A DNA stretch of 64,000 nt from an uncultured Acidimicrobiales bacterium (lineage in GTDB: Bacteria > Actinomycetota > Acidimicrobiia > Acidimicrobiales > DATKAS01): assembly GCA_963726695.1 (NCBI GenBank), contig CAVSDE010000007.1, positions 32,466 to 96,465 on the forward strand, in the 5' to 3' direction. The position numbers were made by a program, and so were the translations under genes. Below the pieces are notes generated by a model that was not told the DNA's origin, did no database searches, and worked only from the letters and a program-made list of their open reading frames with translations. This document shows, one piece after another, positions 19,721 to 29,284 of this stretch; position 1 is the stretch's first letter, and each line of letters starts with the position of its first letter.

Positions 19721-20752
19721 GTGACCGACACGGCAGGCCAGCCCCCGCGCCGCCAGCCTCCGCGCCGCGAGCTCGACGAAGGGATGCGCGAGCAGCTCGC
19801 GCTCAACAGCGTCGCAGGCCTTCCCACGTTCAGCGGCCGTCCGTTCCTGACCGAGCCCCGCCAGCTCGACGAGTGGCAGCCGGACGTCGCGATCGTCGGG
19901 GCGCCCTTCGACGTCGCGACGACCAACCGGCCCGGAGCCCGCTTCGGTCCGCGGGCGCTGCGCACGCAGGCGTACTACCCCGCGTCGCACCATCTCGACC
20001 TCGACATCGAGATCTTCGACTGGATCGATGTCGTCGACTTCGGTGACGCGCACTGCCCGCACGGGCAGACCGAGCAGTCTCACGCGAACATCCGCGCCCG
20101 CGTCTCCGAGGTCGCCAGCAGAGGCATCGTTCCTGTGATCATCGGTGGCGATCACTCGATCACATGGCCGGCAGCGACAGCCGTGGCGGAGCACCACGGC
20201 TGGGGAAATGTCGGCATCGTCCACTTCGACGCGCACGCCGACACCGCGGACATCATCGACGGCAACCTCGCGAGCCACGGCACACCGATGCGCAGGCTCA
20301 TCGAGAGCGGCGCGGTCCAGGGCCGCCACTTCGTGCAGGTCGGGCTCCGGGGCTATTGGCCACCGGCGGAGGTCTTCGCGTGGATGCAAGAGCAAGGGAT
20401 GCGCTGGCACCTCATGCAAGAGGTGTGGGAGCGCGGCAGCCGTGCGGTCATCGAGGACGCCATCGCCGAGGCACTCGACGGCGCGGACGCGCTGTACCTG
20501 TCGGTCGACATCGACGTGCTCGACCCGGGCTTCGCTCCCGGCACTGGCACTCCGGAGCCAGGCGGCATGAACCCCGCGGACTTGTTGCGCGCGGTGCGAC
20601 AGATCACGCTCGACGCGCCAGTCGTCGCGCTCGACGTCGTGGAGGTGTCACCGCCTTATGACTGGGCCGACACGACGACCAACAACGCGCACCGCGTGAT
20701 CTTCGAATTCTTGGCTGCGCTCGCATCCAAGCGCCGTCGCGTGGTTGAGTGA
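19721..20752 (+). CDS. agmatinase/ureohydrolase (arginase family)
   Basis: Mn-binding motifs: GGDHSIT, HFDAHADT, SVDIDVLDPGFAPGTGTPEPGG. Confidence 0.8.
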   Translation: MTDTAGQPPRRQPPRRELDEGMREQLALNSVAGLPTFSGRPFLTEPRQLDEWQPDVAIVGAPFDVATTNRPGARFGPRALRTQAYYPASHHLDLDIEIFDWIDVVDFGDAHCPHGQTEQSHANIRARVSEVASRGIVPVIIGGDHSITWPAATAVAEHHGWGNVGIVHFDAHADTADIIDGNLASHGTPMRRLIESGAVQGRHFVQVGLRGYWPPAEVFAWMQEQGMRWHLMQEVWERGSRAVIEDAIAEALDGADALYLSVDIDVLDPGFAPGTGTPEPGGMNPADLLRAVRQITLDAPVVALDVVEVSPPYDWADTTTNNAHRVIFEFLAALASKRRRVVE

Positions 20753-20946
20753 CGACCGCCCTGGTGTGGGGCCACGCGATGGAGCCACGGTACGACTTCG
20801 CTGGTTGGCACTCGTACTGGCGGTCTCCATGGGGGGCCTGGGGCTCGTCGACATCAGCTGACCCGACACGGGATTGTCACGCCGTTCACAGAACCGCAAC
20901 GCGTGAGTGTGCAACAGTGCCGCCGAAATCGACGCGGGGAGGCGCC

Positions 20947-21804
20947 ATGCGCAAGCTCAAGTGGGGAGTTGTCGCGCTCGCGGCCAGTCTGTCTGGCCTC
21001 GGGCTCGTGGCATGTGGCGACGACAGTGCCAGCTCGAGTTCGCCTGGTTCGCTCACCGTCACGGCGAGCGAACCGTCGGAAGGGAAGTACGCGTTCGACG
21101 TGCCCGACGAGGTCAAGGGCGGCACGGTCGCGCTGACGCTGAAGAACACGGGGGCCGAGGGCCATGAGTTCGGTCTCGTCCGCGTCGCGGATGGCACCAG
21201 TGCGCAGCAGTTCGCCGACGAGGTGCTCACGCCGGAAAATCCACCGCTCCCCGAGTACGTGCTCGGCGCGCCCGGCGGTATGGGCGGGGTTGCTCCGAGC
21301 GCCGACGGCACGTCGACGATCAGCCTCGAGAAAGGCACCTACGTGTACTTCTGCACGTTCGGTGACCCTGCGCACTACGAGAACGGGATGCTGGGCGAGT
21401 TCACGGTGAAGGACGTTGCATCGACGGCGCCGCTGCCCGACGCGACTGCCACAGTTGATGCGTCCGAGTACAAGTTCGACGTCAATGGGCTCAAGGCGGG
21501 TGAGAACACACTGACCTTCGCCAACAAGGGTCAGCAGTTCCATCACCTCATCGCGGTGCCGCTGAACGACGGCGCCACACTCGACGATGTCACCACATTC
21601 CTGGGCTCGGACAACCCGAGCGGCGCGCCTCCCATCGACTTCGACAAGTTCCAAGATCTCGCAGTGACCGGTCCCGGCGAGGCCCAGGTGGCAACGCTGA
21701 ACCTTCCGGCGGGCTCCTACGTCTTCCTCTGCTTCCTCAACGACCGCGAAGGCGGCCCGCCGCACTTCACCAAGGGGATGATCCAGCAAGTCGACATCGC
21801 CTGA
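20947..21804 (+). CDS. lipoprotein with two cupredoxin (type-1 copper-like) domains
   Basis: Lipobox: LSGLGLVACGDD. Each half has a His...Cys-x(n)-His-x(n)-Met pattern (EGHEF...YFCTFGDPAHYENGM, and FHHLIAV...FLCFLNDREGGPPHFTKGM). Confidence 0.65.
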   Translation: MRKLKWGVVALAASLSGLGLVACGDDSASSSSPGSLTVTASEPSEGKYAFDVPDEVKGGTVALTLKNTGAEGHEFGLVRVADGTSAQQFADEVLTPENPPLPEYVLGAPGGMGGVAPSADGTSTISLEKGTYVYFCTFGDPAHYENGMLGEFTVKDVASTAPLPDATATVDASEYKFDVNGLKAGENTLTFANKGQQFHHLIAVPLNDGATLDDVTTFLGSDNPSGAPPIDFDKFQDLAVTGPGEAQVATLNLPAGSYVFLCFLNDREGGPPHFTKGMIQQVDIA

Positions 21805-21882
21805 CGTCGCGCGACCCGGGAGTCGTCTACTACTACAGTCCCCCGGTCGCGGCCGTGGGGGCTGCAGTGGGGAGCAAGACAG

Positions 21883-22759
21883 ATGAAGCTTCGAATGGCC
21901 GCCCTTGGCGCGGCCGTGACCTTGACCCTGCTCGGCCTCGTCGCCTGTGGCGACGACAGCGCGAGCTCGAGCGAGCCGACGACGCTCACCGTGACCGCGA
22001 GCGAGCCGTCTGAAGGCAAGTACGCCTTCGACGCGCCCGACGAAGTCGAAGGCGGCACTCTCCAGCTCAGCTTCAAGAACACGGGGGCACAACCCCACGA
22101 GTTCGCGATTCGTCCGAGTCGAGGATGGCAAGACTGCCGATCAGCTCGCTGCCGATCTGTTCGCGGAAGATGGCGCGCCGATCCCCGACTACGTGCTTGG
22201 AGCACCGGGTGGCGGCGGCGGTACTGCGCCCGGTGCGACGAACGTCTCGACCATCAGCCTGGAAAAGGGCACGTACGTCTACTTCTGCACGTTCGCAACG
22301 GGCGACGAGCCACCGCACTTCCAGAACGGCATGCTCGGAGAGTTCACCGTGAAGGACGTCGGCTCGACGGCCGCGTTGCCAGAGACCGACGCGAGCATCG
22401 AGCCGTCCGAGTACAAGTTCGACGTCAGCGGGCTGAAGGCCGGCGAGAACACCGTCACGTTCGCCAACAAGGGTCAGCAGTTCCATCACGTCATCGCAGT
22501 CCCGCTGGCCGACGGCGCCACACTCGACGAAGCAGTCACGTTCCTCAGCAGCGAGGGCGAGGGAAGCGCGGACAGCGGCCCGCCGCCGGTCGACTTCGAG
22601 AAGGAACAGGACGTCGCAGTCACCGGGCCGGGTGAGGCGCAGGTGGTCAACATGACGTTCGAGGCGGGCTCGTATGTGTTCCTGTGCTTCATCAGCGACA
22701 AGGAGGGCGGCCCGCCGCACTTCACCAAGGGCATGGTGCAGCAGGTCGACATCACCTGA
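21883..22759 (+). CDS. paralogous double-cupredoxin lipoprotein; one frameshift near 22109
   Basis: Lipobox: LLGLVACGDD. The architecture and ligand patterns match the upstream gene. The frame is restored by removing one t from att at 22108-22110 (HEFAI/VRVEDGKTADQL). Confidence 0.65.
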
Positions 22760-22792
22760 GCCCACTCGTGCGCCGGGGACGAGACTGGCGGC

Positions 22793-23552
22793 ATGCCGTT
22801 CTCGTGGAACTCGGACACCAGTCCGTTCGCCGAGCCTGACGGAGCGCAACCGGCACGCATCGTGCTCCGTCAGGTCAGCGACACGGAGTTCAACCTCGAA
22901 ACGCCGTTCCGCTACAACGGCGGGCCACGGCTCGGGCCGACGGTCGTGACCGCGGACTACCTCGGGCTCACCGACCTCGCGTCGGTGCCCCCGTTCCTCG
23001 ACTGGATCGCGCGGCCCTTCGGCCGCCACACCGCCGCCGCGCTCCTCCACGATCAGCTGATCACGGACACACCCGAGCGCCTTCCCGAACCACAGCGCGT
23101 CGATCCCGCCGTGGCCGACTTCGTCTTTCGCGACGCGATGACGGATTGCGGTGCGCGGCATCCTGCAGACCTGGATCATGTGGTCCGGGGTCACGCTGCG
23201 CACCCGCGTCCACCGCAATGCAGCGGTGAAGGTCGGCGTCGGCTTGTGGTTCCTCGCCGCGCTCGCAGGAACCGCGCTGCTCGTCTACGGCATCGTGACG
23301 ACGCAGGTGCCGCCGATCCTCGTCGCGCTGATCGCTCCGGTGCCGTTCGCCTTCCTGTGGGGAAGCCAGTGGAGCGCAGGCCTGATCGCGGGGTACTCGT
23401 TCTGGATCGTCGTGATGGGCTTCGTGCCGTCGTGGGTCGCGTATCAGCTCTATCGAGTCGCCGAGCTCCTCGTGCAGCTCGTCGCGAGCCGTCGCCCCCG
23501 GGCCCGCGAGATCGGCGGGGCTCCGGCGCCGCCGTCCTTCGCGAAGCGGTAG
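22793..23552 (+). CDS. DUF1353-like protein with C-terminal TM helices; frameshift near 23150
   Basis: TDLASVPPFLDWIARPFGRHTAAALLHDQL resembles the DUF1353 core. The C-terminal part (ILQTWIMWSGVTLRTR... with 3 hydrophobic helices) is in ORF 23151..23552. Confidence 0.5.
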
Positions 23553-23561
23553 ACATCCGGC

Positions 23562-25169
23562 ATGGCTGATCTCGCGCCCTCCCGCCGCTCGTTCTGGGCG
23601 TGGTGCCTCGAAAGCGAGGAGCCGACGCGGCAGCAGCGCGAAGAGCTCGCCGCCAAGTACTCAGAACGGGCAGGCACACCGATCGTCGCCCGTCCCGTTC
23701 CTTCGCTCGACGACGCGCACCTTCGGGCGCCCCGCATCACCGTGCCCGACGCGCTCACGGGATGGTGCGCGACCGACACGTGGGAACGCGCCTTTCACGC
23801 GGACGGCGCGCACTTCACGGATCGCACGCGCTCGTTCAACCTGGAGTTCCCGAACCCGCCCGACGTGGTCGCTCACCCGGCGACCGAGGCCGAACTGGAG
23901 GCAACCCTCGACTGGTGCGGAAGCAACGGGCACGTCGTCGTGCCGTTCGGGGGCGGGTCCTCGGTCGTGTGGGGCGTCAACCCTCCCGACGCCGATGCCA
24001 TCGTGACCATCGCGCTCGATCGCCTGGACCAGGTGCTCGAGATCGATGACGTCTCACGCGCCGCACGCATCCAGGCCGGTGTGTTCGGCCCCGCCCTCGA
24101 GGACCAGCTGCGTCCCCACGGATACACGCTTCGGCACTTCCCGCAGTCGTTCCGGTTCTCGTCGCTCGGCGGATGGATCGCGACGCGCTCGGGCGGCCAC
24201 TACGCCACGAACCACACCCATATCGACGACTTCGTCGAATCGGTGCGGATGCTCACACCGCGGGGCTGGTGGGAGTCCCGTCGGCTTCCGGGCAGCGGCG
24301 CGGGTCCGTCGCCGGACCGCATGGTGATCGGCAGCGAAGGGATCCTCGGCATCATCAGCGAGGCGTGGATGCGCATCCAGCGCAGACCCGAGTACCGGGC
24401 CACGGCCGGTGTCACGTTCGCGTCGTGGGATGCGGCGACCGAAGCCGTACGTCACCTCGCGCAAGCGAAGATGTGGCCCGCGAACCTCCGCGTGCTCGAC
24501 CCCGCGGAGGCCCACCGGGCCGCTGGCCTCGACGGCTCGGCCGCGTTGCTCATCATCGGCTTCGAGTCGGACGGCTTGTCTCAGCGCCACAACATCGCGG
24601 AGGCAGTCGACATCGCCCGAGGATGTGGCGGTGACATAGCCGACGACGAAGTGCGCGTCAGCGACGGCAGTGCCGCGCCCACCGGGCGTGAGGGCGCGGT
24701 CGGCGCGTGGCGCGATGCGTTCATCGGCACCGGCATCGGCATCGACACGAGTCTCGGTCTGGTCGCCGACACGTTCGAGACCGCGATCACCTGGGATCGC
24801 TGGCCGGAGTTCGACGCGCACGTCCGCGATCGCGTGGGATCCGCTCTGCAGTCCGTGTTCGGACACGAGCCGATGTTGTCGTGCCGCTTCACTCACGCCT
24901 ATCCCGACGGGCCGGCGCCGTACTACACGTGGTCAGGCGTCGGCCGGCAGGGCTCGGAGATCTCGATGTGGCAGGAGGTGAAGCATGCTGCCGCCGAAGC
25001 AGTGCTCGACGCGGGCGGGACGATCACCCACCACCACGCGGTGGGTCGCATGCATCGACCCCAATACGACCGTCAGCGTCCGGACCTCTTCGCGGATGCG
25101 CTGCGCGCTGCGAAGGCCGCCGTCGACCCGACCGGCGTCATGAATCCCGGCGTGCTGATCGATCCCTGA
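23562..25169 (+). CDS. FAD-linked oxidase, alkyldihydroxyacetonephosphate-synthase-like
   Basis: 535 aa. The FAD-binding PCMH segment is VVPFGGGSSVVWGVNPP. The length and C-terminal part (THHHAVGRMHRPQYD) are typical of the AGPS/glycolate-oxidase-D family. Confidence 0.65.
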   Translation: MADLAPSRRSFWAWCLESEEPTRQQREELAAKYSERAGTPIVARPVPSLDDAHLRAPRITVPDALTGWCATDTWERAFHADGAHFTDRTRSFNLEFPNPPDVVAHPATEAELEATLDWCGSNGHVVVPFGGGSSVVWGVNPPDADAIVTIALDRLDQVLEIDDVSRAARIQAGVFGPALEDQLRPHGYTLRHFPQSFRFSSLGGWIATRSGGHYATNHTHIDDFVESVRMLTPRGWWESRRLPGSGAGPSPDRMVIGSEGILGIISEAWMRIQRRPEYRATAGVTFASWDAATEAVRHLAQAKMWPANLRVLDPAEAHRAAGLDGSAALLIIGFESDGLSQRHNIAEAVDIARGCGGDIADDEVRVSDGSAAPTGREGAVGAWRDAFIGTGIGIDTSLGLVADTFETAITWDRWPEFDAHVRDRVGSALQSVFGHEPMLSCRFTHAYPDGPAPYYTWSGVGRQGSEISMWQEVKHAAAEAVLDAGGTITHHHAVGRMHRPQYDRQRPDLFADALRAAKAAVDPTGVMNPGVLIDP

Positions 25170-25170
25170 C

Positions 25171-25617
25171 ATGCGTGAGGTCACCGGCAGTCTTCTGAGC
25201 GTCGCGTCCGCAGGCGACGGCATCGGGCACGGCTGCAACTGCGACGGCGTGATGGGCGGGCTCGCGGGCCATGTCGAGTCGCGCTGGCCCGCCCTCGCCG
25301 TCGACTACCGAGCTGCGTGCGCGGCCGGCAAGTTCAGGCTCGGCGGCGTGCTCCCCTGGCTCGACCTGCACTCGGGGGTGTGGATCTACAACCTCGCCAC
25401 GCAGCAGCACGCCGGCGCGGACGCCCGGCTCGACGCAATCGACTCGTCGGTACGGGCCGCGATCGAGCATGCCCGCGCGCACGACGTGCCGACGATCTAC
25501 CTTCCCCGCATCGGAGCCGGGATCGGGGGCCTCGATTGGAGGGACGTGCACGCGACGCTCGACGCGATCGCCACGGCGAACGCCGACCTCGAGCTCGTCG
25601 TCGTCACGAAGTCCTGA
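25171..25617 (+). CDS. macro-domain protein (ADP-ribose binding/hydrolase family)
   Basis: 148 aa with macro-domain motifs GHGCNCDGVMGGLAG and LPRIGAGIGGLDW. It starts 1 nt after the oxidase stop. Confidence 0.65.
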   Translation: MREVTGSLLSVASAGDGIGHGCNCDGVMGGLAGHVESRWPALAVDYRAACAAGKFRLGGVLPWLDLHSGVWIYNLATQQHAGADARLDAIDSSVRAAIEHARAHDVPTIYLPRIGAGIGGLDWRDVHATLDAIATANADLELVVVTKS

Positions 25618-25618
25618 C

Positions 25619-25811
25619 TCAGAAGACGGTGAGCACGATGAGCAGGGCGATGATGGCCACCGCGAACAGCAGACCTACGGCCCACGCCCAGCGGCCACCG
25701 AAGTAGCCCCGCCTCACTTCCTCTTCGTACGCCTGGTTCGCGGGCGTGCCGACCTTCGCCAGGTGGTTGTGGTTCCCCTTCTTCCGCGGCTTGCTCGGTG
25801 CTCGATCCCAT
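25619..25811 (-). CDS. possible small tail-anchored membrane protein (needs one frameshift)
   Basis: ATG at 25811. After a shift near 25795 the frame reads ...SKPRKKGNHNHLAKVGTPANQAYEEEVRRGYFGGRWAWAVGLLFAVAIIALLIVLTVF-stop. It is not present as a clean ORF in the track. Confidence 0.25.
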
Positions 25812-25821
25812 GCGCCGAAAC

Positions 25822-26382
25822 CTAGCCGTGGCCCTCGGGGAGGAGCTCCTCGAGCCGCCGCAGGGTCTCGCGCAGGTTGTCCTCGCCGGTGAGCTCGTGC
25901 GCCTCCTCGAACGTCACCCAGCGCATGGGTGCCGACGGGCTCTCGGGGCGTGCCGCGTCCGGCGTCGCAGTGGCGAGCACATAGCGCAGGTCGGCGTGCT
26001 CGTGCGCGGGCTCCCCCTTGCCTGCGGGCACACGGACGACGACGAGGTGGATCGGCGACGGGTCCTCGCTCACCGGCCAGGCCTGGAGATCGACCAGTCC
26101 GGTCTCTTCCTCCGCTTCCCGTCGCGCGACCGCGAACGGCTCGTCCTCCCCTGGGTCTCCGTGTCCGCCGACCTGCAGCCAGGCCTGCTGGCGTTCATGC
26201 CAACGCAGGAGCACGCGACGACTGTCGGGATGCACGATCACTGCTGAACCCGTGAAATGAAGCGGCGCGCCCCGATCCCATGGCGACCCTTCGACGATGG
26301 CGCGCGCCCGGTCGAGGTCACGCGCTTCCTCCCGAGACCTCGGGACGAACGCGACCAGTGAGCCTGCGAGTGAAGTACCCAT
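25822..26382 (-). CDS. NUDIX hydrolase
   Basis: Nudix box: GGHGDPGEDEPFAVARREAEEETGL. ATG at 26382; the ORF also allows a TTG start at 26394. Confidence 0.8.
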   Translation of the reverse strand: MGTSLAGSLVAFVPRSREEARDLDRARAIVEGSPWDRGAPLHFTGSAVIVHPDSRRVLLRWHERQQAWLQVGGHGDPGEDEPFAVARREAEEETGLVDLQAWPVSEDPSPIHLVVVRVPAGKGEPAHEHADLRYVLATATPDAARPESPSAPMRWVTFEEAHELTGEDNLRETLRRLEELLPEGHG

Positions 26383-26401
26383 CGTGGGGCACAATCATGG
26401 C

Positions 26402-27123
26402 GTGCATCGCGAGTGGCCGAGCCGGGTGCATGGAGCGGTGATGTGGACATCGGCGCCGACCGGGGCCGAGCACCGCGTGCTCCCCGACGGATGCATGGAC
26501 ATCATCTGGTCGAGCGACGGCCAGTTGCTCGTCGCCGGGCCGGACACCACGGCGTTCATGACCGGCGGGACGCCGGGCACGACGATCACCGCCATCCGGT
26601 TTCCGCCCGGTCTCGCACCGGCCGTGTTGCGGGTGCCGGCTCATGAGCTGCGAGATCGGCACGAGGCGCTCGACGCGGTCGTGCCGGGACGGGAGGCCCG
26701 ACGCCTCGCAGATCGTCTCGCTGCAGCAGAGGACCCCGCCGGCGTCCTCGAGGCGCTGGCCATCGAAGTCGAGCGTGATCCCCAGATCGACCTCGTCACC
26801 GTCCACGCCTGCCGCGGCGCCTCGGTCAGCGAGATCGCCAGGGCGGTCGACATGAGCCCACGCCACCTCCACCGGAGGTGCCTCGACGCGTTCGGGTACG
26901 GCGCGAAGACACTCGCGAGGATCCTGCGGATGCGCCAAGCCCTCGACCTCGTCCTGGTGCGGCACCGCGTCCGCGGATGCGGCCGCGCGAGCGGGCTACG
27001 CCGACCAGTCCCACCTCGCGCGACGACGTGAAGGCGCTCGCGGGAGTGCCCCTCGGTCAGCTGCTCGCCGAAGCCGCGAACAGCTCGACCGAATTGCCGT
27101 CCGGGTCCTCGACCGCCGCGTAG
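26402..27123 (+). CDS. AraC-family transcriptional regulator; frameshifts near 26955 and 27012
   Basis: The N-terminal part HRVLPDGCMDIIW is typical of an AraC-associated sensor domain. HTH parts SVSEIARAVDMSPRHLHRRC and AAARAGYADQSHLAR / DVKALAGVPLGQLL lie in three different frames. Confidence 0.55.
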
Positions 27124-27455
27124 CGCTGACCCCAGAACGCGTCCCACGGCTCGAGATGGCCCTTGTAGCCGGCCGAGACGAGCGCGTGGAAGGTGGCGTC
27201 GACCTCGTCCGCGCCGTCGCACACGAACGCGAGGGCGATCCGATGACCTCCGGAGGGCGGCATCCACCCCGGGTCGAACGACCGGATGGTCTCGACGGTG
27301 TCGAACGCGAGGCGCAAGCCTCCAGCGAGTGCGACCTCGACATGAGGCTCGGTGTCGGCTGAAGCGGGGACGTCGAGACCCAGACGGCGATAGAACGCGA
27401 GCGACTGGGCCATGTCGGCGACGACGACCCCCACCACATCGATGCGAATGCTCAT
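27057..27455 (-). CDS. VOC/glyoxalase-bleomycin-resistance family protein
   Basis: 132 aa, MSIRIDVVGVVVADMAQSLAFYRRLGL...GQRYAAVEDPDGNSVELF. Confidence 0.75.
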   Translation of the reverse strand: MSIRIDVVGVVVADMAQSLAFYRRLGLDVPASADTEPHVEVALAGGLRLAFDTVETIRSFDPGWMPPSGGHRIALAFVCDGADEVDATFHALVSAGYKGHLEPWDAFWGQRYAAVEDPDGNSVELFAASASS

Positions 27456-27504
27456 CGCCGCACCGTACGACGCGACGCAGCCGCCGTCTTGAACGAATCG
27501 GACG

Positions 27505-29284
27505 TCAGACCGACCGGGGGTCCCCCACCAGCTGCTCTATCCGGCTGTGGAGCTCTTCGAGCGACGCGAGCTCGGCAGCGAGGGCAGCCATGTCGGCAGG
27601 CGAGCCCTGCGAGAGACGGGCGTGCTCAGCGGCGTGGACGGCGTCAGCGATCGAGCGCGAGATCTCTGACGCGCTGCGTCGCGAACGACGTGCGCAGCCC
27701 CCGGTGGATGCGGCGCAGCGCGTCCTGCACATCCTTGGCCACGCGGAACGTGACCTCCTCGAGGTAGCGAGCGACCGACTGGCGGGCCTGTTCGCGCCGA
27801 CTCGCCAGCTGCCGTTGCTTCTCCTCTCGAAGCACTCGACGTCCCATGAAGATGCCGAGCACGAGCGACAGCGGGTTGATGATGCTCATGCCGATGAGGC
27901 CACCGACCATGCTGAACGCCTCGATGCCCGTCCACGAGCCCTCGAGCAAGAGCACGCCGCGCTGACGCGCACCCAGCCGCCGCGAGCCGACCTCCGAGCC
28001 CACGTGCACGGCATCGATCGCCCGAGCGGTGTCGGCCTCGAGCGTCGCGCCGATGTCGGCCTCGGCCGCCTCGAACCGCTCGGACACCCGCGCCGCGAGC
28101 GACTCGGCTCCGGTGGACAGCGACAGATAGGTCGCGGCGACGTCAGCCATCACCTGTTGCTCGAGCCATCCCGCGAACTCGTCCCATCCATCCGCCGGGT
28201 CGGTGGTCGCGATCCGCTCCTCGGCTTCACGAGTCACGTTGCGCAGACGGCTCGCCAAGTCGTAGTCGATCTCGGTGCGGAGGTCGCCCATGCCGTCGTC
28301 GAGCGCGACGAGCCACCCCGCCGCGGGATCGTTGAGCACGTCTGCCTGCGCCTTGGCTCGTGCAAGCTCATCCAACAGCGCGCCCGCGCGATTCGGATCG
28401 GCGCCCTCACGCTCGGCCCGCACCACCTGTTCGACCTGGCGGAGGGCGATCATGGCGTCGACCATCGCGAGGTTCGCCCGTCGATCGACGGCTCCGGCCC
28501 ACACCCCGTCCAGCGCGCCGCGGAGCGCGTCCAAGCCAGAGCGCTCGGGCGGCAGCACGATCGACACGGGAAGGACCTCGACCGGGAGCTCGGCCCGGGC
28601 GAGGTGCCCCCGGTCGAGCTCGACGATCCGACGCCAGGCGGGCTGGAAGTCGATCTTGCTGACGACCTCGACGACCACTGGGCACGTGGAGCACGCGGCC
28701 CGAAGGAAGTCGAGCTCGGGTGCGCTGAGCTCCTGGGCCGCGTCCGACACGAAGAGCACCGCATCCGCAGCCGGGAGCGCGGCGACGGTCGCGGCGTTGT
28801 GCACCGAGGCGAGCCCACCGACACCGGGCGTGTCGACCAGCTGCAACCCGCCCGAGAGGAATGGCGCGGGCACACCGAGCTCGACGAGCTGCAGGGCGCG
28901 AGCGTTGTCGTGGTTCCCCGACTCCGAGCAGTACTCGGCGCGCGCGTCGTAGGGCACCGACTCCACGACGGGCTCGCCACCGACATCGTCCGCGGCTCCC
29001 ACCGTGCGTGCCTCGGGGCTCTCGGCCCAGCGGACGAGGGTCGGGACGGCCGTCGCGAGGTCATCGTCGACTGGGCAGACATACGCGTCGAGCAGCGCGT
29101 TGACGAGCGCGCTCTTGCCCATCTTGAACTCGCCCGCCACGATCACCCGCACCGCGGGATCGCTCATCGCGCTGCGTCGCTCCGTGAGGCGAGCCGCGAG
29201 GTCGGCGCGCTGGCGTCGCTGCACGACCGTGACGACATCGTCGAGCAGCCCTTGCGACTGCTCGATGCGGTCGCGCTCGTTCAC
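27505..29284 (-). CDS. bacterial dynamin-like GTPase with hydrophobic membrane-insertion hairpin (DynB/IniA-like); frameshift near 27670
   Basis: G1: VAGEFKMGKSALVNALL. G3: LVDTPGVGG. G4: VSKID. A long helical stalk follows. The hydrophobic paddle is GIEAFSMVGGLIGMSIINPLSLVLGIFMG. GTG 29284 overlaps the upstream stop (GTGA). The last 55 aa are in ORF 27505..27732. Confidence 0.75.

Noticed and set aside
18514-19965. The full 483-aa version of the amidohydrolase ORF.
   Set aside because: The first 96 codons are Arg/Gly/Pro-rich and overlap the divergent agmatinase gene start. The conserved amidohydrolase N-terminus (MTYAQGRTFYDADSH) begins at the ATG at 19674.
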